From Phoronis australis (lineage: Eukaryota; Animalia; Phoronida): a DNA stretch of 43,248 nt. The stretch lies in contig NMRA01000341.1 in assembly GCA_002633005.1 (NCBI GenBank), positions 139,821 through 183,068 on the forward strand. Reading direction: 5' to 3'. Positions 34,239-43,248 of this stretch are shown piece by piece. How positions within the stretch are numbered: position 1 is the stretch's first letter; each line of letters starts with the position of its first letter. The position numbers and the translations under genes are program-made. Under the pieces are notes generated by a model that saw nothing but the letters and a program-made list of their open reading frames with translations, had not been told where the DNA came from and did no database searches.

Positions 34239-37200
34239 CTAATTCTTCTTGTACTCAATGTCCACCACTTTCCCATCTGCATAACATTTCACATTGAGTT
34301 TGTCAAAGAAGAAAATTCCAATGGCAGTGGATGTCTTGTCCTTGTTATTTCGCAGACACTTTCTGAAAGTGTAGTCACAGGGACAGTCTTGCCTGAAATT
34401 AGAAAATAAGGATTGGTATTGATTTACCTTTAAAAAGTAGTCTTGTGTAATGCATTGTTGGGTGTGATATAGTCACTTGGTGGTGAGAACCGTCTCAAGG
34501 AACTGTTAAAAATGTGGAAATCAAGGACATTTAATGAGTTCACTCAAAAATAGTTGATCAAGAACAGAAATGGTGGCATAGCATTGCTTTAGAAGCCCGG
34601 TGTTTGAAGAACGTTAATGGCATGATTTGTTCGTCTGAAAATATGGCATATGGTTACATGTGGAGATAATCTGACAGGATCTGAGTAGCATAAAGCGCTG
34701 TTGTTGGCTTATCAAGTAAATAGGATGTGATACCAAATTTACAGTTACCAGGATGTGATACCAAATTTACAGTTACCAGGATGTGATACCAAATTTACAG
34801 TTACCAGGATGTGATACCAAATTTACAGTTACCAGGATGTGATACCAAATTTACAGTTACCAGGATGTGATACCAAATTTACAGTTACCAGGATATGATA
34901 CCAAATTTACAGTTACCAGGTGGCGAGACTTGATCACCAGTCGGCTCACCGTGAACTGTCTAACAACCCAGTCAGTGGCGGATTTAGAGAGGGGCCAATG
35001 GGGCCCAGATTCCATTTGGCAGTTCGGGGACTCGAATGTCTGCCTGGCAAAATCCTGGCTAATAGTGAAAGCTATACTTTTCAGGGTTGTCATCTTTTTG
35101 AGCTTTGTATTGCATTTTTTCCATTTGAAAACTAGTTCGACGGTTAAATGAAAAACCCCAGACAGAACTTTCGTGAATAATACGCTTACAAGGAAGCCAC
35201 GCATTTCTAAAAATATGCGGGAAATTTTCACCGATCGTCGTGAGCGGCTTTTACCAGGATGAAAGAGAGCGCGGCGCCGGAGTCGGATGCATTTGGTATG
35301 ATCGCATTCCGGTGCGAGCAAGACCCAATTAAGTGTAATTACCCGACCATAAGATGTAGTAAACATCTTTGCCTGTACATCACAGGGGCGGATCCAGGAT
35401 ATTGAGTTAGGGGGGCAGGGCACAGGAATAAGCAGAATTTTGCCACATGCGCGCACCCAGTCTAACATGTAGGTGCATGGGTCTCTAATTTTTGGGCCTG
35501 CGGACCTTATTACTAAAAAACTAAAAAAAATGGTTAGCGCGGTTTGTTCAATGCCTAGGCATTGTGTATACGCTGGTTAGCAATTCGCACCCCGAACTGC
35601 CAAATGGTATCTGGGAGAATTTAAGGGGGGGGGGGGGCGGGGGAGGCCATGGCCCCCTTGGACCCCCCTAAATGCGTCATGGCGAGCGAATTTTCAAAAT
35701 GCCTTAACCAATGATTTTCGTTAAAAACGAACATCATGGCGGTATTCAGCTGGAAAAAACAACCAAGTAAGGTTTTCGATTTTTTTAAATCGATTAACTA
35801 ATAAGATAAAAACAACAACCATTGGGTACGATTGATGATACACGATCGTGCGTATTGATATACTCAGTGGATTTACAAACGCTGATCATAGTTATAACAT
35901 GGATTATTCTTTTAATATTCTTTCAATTTCGTTTAACCAGATTTTTGACAAGTAAAGAGTTGCATTTAACTTGCGCTCATTCTTCATTTTTATGACTGAA
36001 GAAAGCTAGAATAGTTATGTAGTCAGTGCAAACAAAATTGTCCAGAGATTCCAAATCTTCTGTAACAATTGCACTTTCGTATATATTTTATGATTTGAGT
36101 TTTAATAAAAATTAAACTTGAACTAATGAAAGAGGGAGTTTTGTTCGCTGTGAAACGGTTTACGGTGTTAAGCCCTGATGTGGAAAGTTCAGGGATGGCT
36201 TCATAATTAAACAAACTAATTAAGTTTCGCTGGTGATCAAAATCTACCACTGTTTTGGTACCTCAAGCTCAGAAATAAAATAAAAAGATAATAACCCGTT
36301 CCCGATAAGAAAAGAACAAATACACAGGAGTATTAAAATAAAATATCAACAATATTTAAAACCATTGTTCCTTTGGGAAGTGGCCCTTGGTCAAGATAAA
36401 CACAAATTTAACTTTTTAGTCGTTTTGTAATATTTAAAATGTACCAAGTTAAAACTACTCACCACGGTTGCAGACTGTACTAACTCAGCGCAAATTATTA
36501 CCTTTCTGCTTCATTAGCTCGGATCTACATTAATTCAAAGGCCGAGCTGAATAACCATCATAAAAGGTGTCTGCGGGGGCTAAGGGAATCTGAGCGGTGA
36601 CCAGTGTAAGCGAGAAATTCTCCACCGGATCAACGGCCGGAACAGAGATGTTATAGATATCCCACAGGCCCTCCAAAAGCTTTTAGGGCAATCTTGTGCC
36701 TCCCACAGCATCATGTTGCTGTAAGTACTTAAACTTCAGTTGTGCATAGAGGGACACCTTCCCAGCTCGAACGAATACTCCCACGTTATCAAACTTATTT
36801 CGAACAGTAATTTCAGTTGTTCAGTTGCCCGACTGGCCATTTTTACACTGCTCGCACCAGGGGGTATGGCGTCATATATATTGTGTGAGGTAAAAGTCGT
36901 CGAAAAGCTTTCAGGGTATCGAAGGACTCGGGGGATGGCTCGGGGGGCTCGAACAAGCCCGTCAATTTGGCGAATTGGGCAAAAAGGTCCGCCCTGAGCG
37001 AAACAAAAGTATAAACAAAGTCCACAGGAATTCTGCGCGGATGCCATAATTCGATCGTAGGCCTGAACCTAGTGGCCCGTTTTTTTTATTCCTCGTTGAT
37101 TTTTGTCAATAAAAGGTCCGCATCGAAAATTTCGTGNCCCCCCCATATTTTAGGCTGGATGCGCGCAATGGGATGGCTACCGTCTCTACTTCGACCAGTT

Positions 37201-40200
37201 AAGACCTGGCTGGTAAATCTCTCAGAATATCGGTCTTCGGATGGATTAACCAATAAAGGATGATTTAATGAAACCAGCCTCCCGTTCAGTAACACTAGGA
37301 CCTCGCTAAAAAGCAAGACTTCGCGAGATCACGTGATATATTTCCGGGTATTTTGATGAGCACACGTGACTTAAGCTAGATTTCAGCTAGGTCCTAGCGT
37401 AGGTCCTAACGCTACTGAATGACACGCCAGATGTCTAAGGCATTGCAAGATGCCTTGCTGTTTTCGTCTCAGTCGGAAATAGCCGCACGTGGACATAATG
37501 GTGACCGGTTTTTGGAAAGTTAATACACGTCAGTTACTGGCTTATGAATTATGTGAAATCAGAGTAAACCAACATTGTCGACGAGTTAGATACTGATATT
37601 TGCCCTTTCGAGTGTGACTCGCTCTCAGTCACTGCTCAGTGGTATATCATAGCCGCCGAAACAGTGTCGAGTAGCGTCGTACACGGGATCCTAGGCATTT
37701 TATAGTAGACATAAGTTGCTTTTGATAAGAGAACATAGTATGTAGCAGCTCTAAAAGTGTGCAAAAAACTCACATTGGATATGGAGTGTAGTTGAAAACT
37801 CCATATTTTTTCGTGAATGGTTTGATATCTTTTTTGCAGTGGTCGTGCGCTCGGCAGCAGATGTCTGCTTCTTCCTCCTCGCCAAGGTCGTCATAGTCGT
37901 CTGATTTATTGCCAATACCGCACCACTTTGTACCTATACATTCAGTATCAAACCAAGAACTGTTTATATTTCAGTGCGGTTCGAATGTGACCAGTAAGAG
38001 TATTCAACATTTTAGAATGAAACACTCGTAGTTGAGACAATTATTTATTTTAGACAAGTACAGACAAATTGTTGACTACTGAAAGACATAGCGCACCACA
38101 TACCACTGTAAAATTGGTGTTATATAACTTGTCGAGTACTTTGATGAAAATTGGTTTCTGGTTTGCAAAGAAGTGCAGTTTCGGTTTTGCTCGAAGCGTA
38201 TGAAATGACCCGCCGTGACAATTGTCAACTTGTAGAGCCTGATCTCCAGATTTAAGTGACGAACTGTCAGTTCTTTCGAAGTTCTAGAAATCATCTCCAC
38301 TTTGTCAAAGGAACAGTTTCATATAAAGCGGCTCTAAGTCCGCCTTCTGCGCTCAAAGTCAACTTTTGAATAAGAACACTTACCGTTGTGGATTTGGAAA
38401 AGGTATGTTAGGCAGTCACGATTTATATGCCGCACTAATTAATTTGATCCGCATTCTGTCCAAATGAGGAAGCTTTGATTTAGGTCACGTGGCGCAGTAA
38501 AATTGGTTTTAAGTGGTTCCCAACTCAGATGAGTGGATTTATGGGTTTGCAAATAAGTGGCAGCACGGAATTCTAAAGACCATTTTCGGGGGACAAAATG
38601 ACACGCGCCGTGATTGGCCATCTTGTAACGCCTGGTCTCCAGTAATAACGAGCTGTCATTTCTTTCCTATAACATGTAGGCCCTAGTTTGACTAAGACGA
38701 CAATTTGAGACCAATTTCATGAAATGATATCCACTTCGCTTTTGTTAAAAACTTCATAAACGGATTTTAACGAAAGTTAGTTCAATCGAAGCAATGCTCA
38801 TTTAGCACAACTCCAAACATTTTCAAACTTTACTGGACTTAACATGAAGGCGTTGTGGTGCGCCACTGCTTAAAATGGCCGCCATATAGTGAGTGACAGC
38901 TGACTCGTGCATTACAGCCATTCTCTCAACTACCGCCACCTGTAATGAGGTTTCCACGAAAGCCCCACCCACTTTAAAAATGTAGTAAAATAAGGCTAAT
39001 ACGAAACCCTCTTGCGTTCTAAATTGATCAATGTAAAGGAAAGAGTATCTTTAAGTGGTTTAAATCAAAAGTTGACTTTGTTGGAAGATGGTTTATTGCC
39101 GCTTTGAGCCTGAAATTACAATAAAAACCTGTAATAAGGGAGCTAATGTTAAACATGAAAAAATGACATTTTTAGTGGAAACTGGTGACATTAACAAAAC
39201 AGGGTAATGCGGAGTACCTCCGACGACCGCTTGTGGCCGGAAGCACATTAAGCCGGTGCATTTTCGGGTCTGAGGACAATCTTAGTGAGTTTTCTGGTGG
39301 GAACACAGTGGTTCTGATTGACAGGTGAGTGAGTAGCATACCAGCGCGTGCAACTGATTTAGAAATCAAGAATTTAAAATAATTCCCAACGAAAATCGAT
39401 TGGCGGAGTGGCAGCGATCGATTAGTCTAGCGATTCTGGGCTCACAGTCAGTTTTCCGCGGTGGTAAACAGTCAACAACGTTTTTATTGTCAAAACCAGC
39501 GTCTGCGTGGCAGACTTGCAGCACGGAGCTTGCAGGCGTCAACTTTAATTAAGAATGATGATCTATAGATGAACTCTGGAGGATTGAGAATTTTCTTAAG
39601 GGGTCTAACAAAACAGTTTTGTATGGAAAATTTCAAGCTAGGCCTGAAAACGGCATTTTTGTTCGTGCCGCGCAGGGCATAACCACTGGTAAAATCCTAA
39701 GACGACAGACTTTCACAACTTTATTGGTCTCTGTTCTTTCACTGTATAAGGACACCGACAATGCGTACGTCATGGGCTTTTTAAATTCGCAATTTTAACA
39801 TTGGGGAATCAACCCCAATAAACTGAAAACTGTTTTCTTGAGTCGCTGATGGTTTCGATTCTCATGTTCATTGTAAACGGAAATAGAATCTTATCGGTGA
39901 GGAATACATGAACTTGGAATCTTGCTTAATCTCAAGATCTCGTATGCTTGAACTTGGAATACATGCGGAAACTAGACAAGTTCACTCAAATTATCATGTT
40001 CACGTTGATAAAAATTTGCACTACACTAAATCAAATTACATGATGATAAAATAACGTAAATTTTAACCAATTCCTCTTCAACTATTGGCGATCTTATTCA
40101 CCAAAGAATAATTGTTTTAACAATCACATCAGTATTCCTCCGATTCTTTGACAAGTTACACTAAAGTACAAAATGGGTGATCATGAGGCCAACAATTACA

Positions 40201-40911
40201 ATAATTCTTTACACTGAACAAAAAATCACCTGGGCTGAGTTGCATAAAGCTTCAAAAGTTATCCGCTGGATACCGAGTTTGATTGTTGCGTGACGTCAGG
40301 TGCATTGTTCAACAATAACAACGTGACGTGAGATAATGCGACGTAATTGTTGCTACACGGCGTATAACTTTTATGCAACTGGGCCCTGGTTGCCCAAATG
40401 AATATTCAATTCCAAGTTGACGCATACGCGATCATGAAATTAAGCAGGATTCCAAGTTCACGCATAGCAAGACCACTCCTATGAGAAAAAAGGCGTAATT
40501 CTAGTTTCGTTTTAGTTAGCTAAAAAGAGCGAAATGTAGCTAGGAAGCAAGCTATATGTAAACTAGCGCCAAAACAACCACAATTTAGCATGCATAACCT
40601 TCCAATTGCTTTATTTGAGGAAAAGTGAAGTTTCGATGGCTTTAATTTTGTGTCAGATATTATTTCGCATTTTTTTATCCACATTTCTCCAAAGATGCAT
40701 ATTTATACACTTTTGCACCAATCCTGTGCGATAAGCAACTTAACTAGCTCTTGGTCATGGCATACGTGATTCTGATTGTTGCTGCCCCCGACCCTGAAAT
40801 AGCATACTAACCTGGCCATATTATACTTATTGCTCGTTTTGCTTTCAAAGGAATCCCTTGCCCAGGGGACACGCACAGAAAAAGAACAAATAATGTGACC
40901 GTAACGCGCAT
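34239..40911 (-). CDS. Secreted phospholipase A2, group III (bee/scorpion venom PLA2 fold), 137-aa prepro-enzyme, 3 coding exons
   Basis: Exon 40911-40812: MRVTVTLFVLFLCVSPGQG-IPLKAKR-AISIIWP, donor GTTAGT. Exon 37933-37774: GTKWCGIGNKSDDYDDLGEEEEADICCRAHDHCKKDIKPFTKKYGVFNYTPYP, donor GTGAGT. Exon 34392-34239: MQDCPCDYTFRKCLRNNKDKTSTAIGIFFFDKLNVKCYADGKVVDIEYKKN*. Phases 1 and 2 match. It has a signal peptide, a dibasic KR site, the Ca2+ loop WCGxG, catalytic CCRxHDxC and CxCD, and a minus-strand AATAAA just after the stop. Confidence 0.92.
34722..34920. repeat. 28-bp minisatellite, ~7 copies (ACCAAATTTACAGTTACCAGGATGTGAT)
   Basis: Near-perfect tandem units in the last PLA2 intron. Confidence 0.95.
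39909..40460. mobile_element. MITE with ~52-bp TIRs containing a nested smaller TIR element (40229-40389)
   Basis: TGAACTTGGAATCTTGCTTAATCTCAAGATCTCGTATGCTTGAACTTGGAA is inverted at ~40410-40460. The inner element runs CCTGGGCTGAGTTGCATAAA ... TTTATGCAACTGGGCCCTGG. Confidence 0.65.
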
Positions 40912-42407
40912 CTTCGTCTTGCGAAAGAACAAGATGTGCTTCGGCAAGAAAATAAATTGACTGATATAGTCCCGGATATCAGCCCCGGTGACTGATATAT
41001 TGCTCGATTATGAGCCTAGGTATCAGCGTGTTAGACTCCCAGGGAGACTGAAGCTGACCTTTATCAGCTTACATCCGACTGATGCATCTTCCCACGATCC
41101 TTTGCATGGTGTGGTCACAAACTGCGAAAACACATGTGACAGTCTCCTTGATTGAATGTTTCACCCGGCGAATTCTTACTAAAGAGAATGTAACTCTAGA
41201 ATACCTACCAAGTTTATGCAATATGCAGACGGCACAGTCTTAACTCTTGATTGCTTCAGTGTTCTTTGTCAGAAGCCCTTAGTTGCTTAGACAAAATATT
41301 TCAGTTTTCTGGTTTAAAACCCAATATGACAAACGAGACTATTTAGATAGAGGCCAAGAAATATAGCTATACTTTAAAACTATGCTGTTACAGAAATCTG
41401 ACTTGGAACAAAAAAAAAAACATTTCACAACAATCGGTATTGAATTTAGCATTAACCTGCTTGAAATGATTTCCATAAATTATTAAGACAAAACATTTTA
41501 AGAGTCTCTCAGTTGATGGTCCAAAAGAGCTTTAATTCTGCTGTGCAAAATATCTGTAATTAAGTCATTTATTCGCTCTGAAGTTATTCACCTAGATGGT
41601 AAATAATTAAAAAAACAACATGTGGGGGCAGCAAAAAGGTAGAATTGGTAGAGATACTTTTATTTAAAAATATTTTTAATTGAAATATTTCTGTCGGAAG
41701 TTACAAGATGATACACGGTGAGCATGTAGGTTATCCCACATGAATGTAGGATAACTTATTTATGACATTTATTTCAGAGGTACGTGTATCTATTCACGAG
41801 TTAAGCTTGAACTCCAAAAAACGCTGACTCAATCTCTGTTTATGATTGCAGTCTTTTCGAAATGTGCGAAGTCTTCAGTTTACAAGCAACTCTCAAAATG
41901 AACTTCAAAAGAAATATTATTTTTGTGATACTGTGGAAAAAGTAACCGACTGTTTTATAACTAACTATCGGAAATAATCCTTTTGTGAAATTCACAAATA
42001 GTGGTACTCCACCTTCTTCAAAATTCTCACCTTTTCGATGGCGGTCAATCCCCGTTTGGTTGTTTGTGTAGAATGTCTAAATCATAGATGTCTATGGTCG
42101 TTGTGCTGTGCACGATGCTTTGTGTTTTTGACGAGTTTGGAATCTCACCTTCCCCTCGGGAATATTAGGCAATTTCGGACTAACATGTATAGAGGGGCAA
42201 AGGTGGCTTTTTCCCCGATCCGCCGCCCCACAGAGAGAGGATCCTGTCTGAAATCGTATACTCAAGTCCCAGGCACTTTTGAGTATCCCCGTTACTGCGG
42301 CTCTTCTTCTTCTTGGTTTAAATGACCACACTCTCTCCAGAGTATTATGTCACTGTATAACAATGGAGATCAACAAAAAACGAGAAAAACTATAACAGGT
42401 TGAAAAG

Positions 42408-42466
42408 GATAGGCCTATGATAGGCTACATAGTGACCATCACTATGTAGCCTATCATAGGCCTATC
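42408..42466. repeat. Perfect 28-bp inverted repeat with a 3-nt loop
   Basis: GATAGGCCTATGATAGGCTACATAGTGA-CCA-TCACTATGTAGCCTATCATAGGCCTATC. Confidence 0.92.
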
Positions 42467-42769
42467 GTCGGACGGAGTCACTTCAGAGGTCGGTTGACAT
42501 AGCTAGATCGTTAAGCGGTAAGACAGTCAGTAAGCGGGTGCCCCAAATGGAGGCACCCCATTATGTTACTTCAGAAAGGTAGATAGCTTGCTGACAACTG
42601 ATGTAATGCAGCCCGGCCGGCAAGTATTCCACCACCGACGGCTGCCGGTTCGCGACTGTTCTTAAGGAATGTTTTTTTTCCTGTAATCTGTCCTACTTAT
42701 TAAAATACTATAATTGAATGACCTTCTGGTACAAATGCCCGAGACAGGGTCTGCGATAGGGGCAAACAT

Positions 42770-42927
42770 CATGGGCGGATCCAGGATTTTGAATTAGGGG
42801 GTTGGGGCAGGGCAGAGCCGTAGCGGGTTTCCCCGGTCAGACATTGGCACTCCTGAACTGCCAATGGAATCTTGGAGAATTTTAGGGGGGCCATGGCCCC
42901 CTTGACCCCCCTCTAAATCCGCCACTG
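42770..42927. mobile_element. Short GC-rich MITE (CATGGGCGGATCCAGG ... TAAATCCGCCACTG); relatives at 34973-35670
   Basis: Inverted termini flanked by an AACAT direct repeat. Shares GGCGGATCCAGGAT..TGA.TTAGGGGG, GAACTGCCAA..GG.ATCT and GGCCATGGCCCCCTTG.CCCCCC with 35382-35670. Confidence 0.6.
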
Positions 42928-43248
42928 AACATCAGAGTTGATGATCACTGACTTCTGCAGATTTTCAGCGGACCTAGCCTTGGCGTCTGTGACCGTCAGA
43001 GGGCCGGTGGGCCAGTACGTCTGCCTTAGAGAGGCGGCGTTTTTCCACAATGGGGCTATTCGGAAAATCTACAATAACTAGAGGGCGTGCGTGTACTAGT
43101 GGTGATAGATTAACAGCCTCGATTTCGCGAGCCCTTTAAATACATGGTGAAATGGCTTGCAGCCGTGCCAACTGAATCTGAGATTGCGTAAAAAGGGTGC
43201 TTCTATGAGAGGAAGTAAGCACGACCTCATACAAAGGTAAGGTTTGTG

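Noticed and set aside
33990-34409. 139-aa plus-strand ORF
   Set aside because: Antisense shadow of the last PLA2 exon and UTR; the coding strand is minus.
34857-35468. 203-aa minus-strand ORF
   Set aside because: It spans MITE fragments and the 28-bp minisatellite inside a PLA2 intron and has no recognisable motif.
36023-36250. RKCNCYRRF peptide as the PLA2 third exon
   Set aside because: It lacks the CxCD catalytic Asp and a suitable acceptor; 34392-34239 fits in phase and motif.
38470-38890. Promoter-like motifs (E-box GTCACGTG, reverse CCAAT, YY1-like AAAATGGCCGCC)
   Set aside because: They are inside a PLA2 intron with no associated exon found; such motifs are common in DNA-transposon remnants.
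42038-42331. Overlapping 95-aa and 79-aa ORFs
   Set aside because: No recognisable motif and no phase-consistent partner exons.

Overview
This is AT-rich, intron-rich animal genomic DNA. The repeat style suggests an invertebrate, probably a mollusc or other lophotrochozoan (inference). I assembled three spliced genes by hand from GT-AG sites and codon phase. (1) The 5' part of NOP9 on the minus strand, running off the left edge. (2) A complete 19-exon AFG3L2 mitochondrial m-AAA protease gene on the plus strand (8386-33114, 788 aa), head-to-head with NOP9 across about 740 bp. (3) A 3-exon secreted group III (bee-venom-type) phospholipase A2 gene on the minus strand (40911-34239, 137 aa), which is absent from the ORF track and lies tail-to-tail with AFG3L2. 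The introns are full of mobile DNA: an internally deleted AcademX-type transposon (TAG..CTA ends, 3-bp TSD) nested in a hAT-like MITE, Helentron-associated (HINE/DINE-like) elements with a 450-bp higher-order repeat, fold-back MITEs, tiny hairpins and a THAP relic. Several minisatellites sit on or next to splice sites, and two of them multiply the real 5' splice donor. I found no CRISPR array, tRNA, rRNA or prokaryotic-type system, and cannot support a wholly new biological system. The best leads are the hidden minimal PLA2, the donor-amplifying arrays and the nested Academ element.
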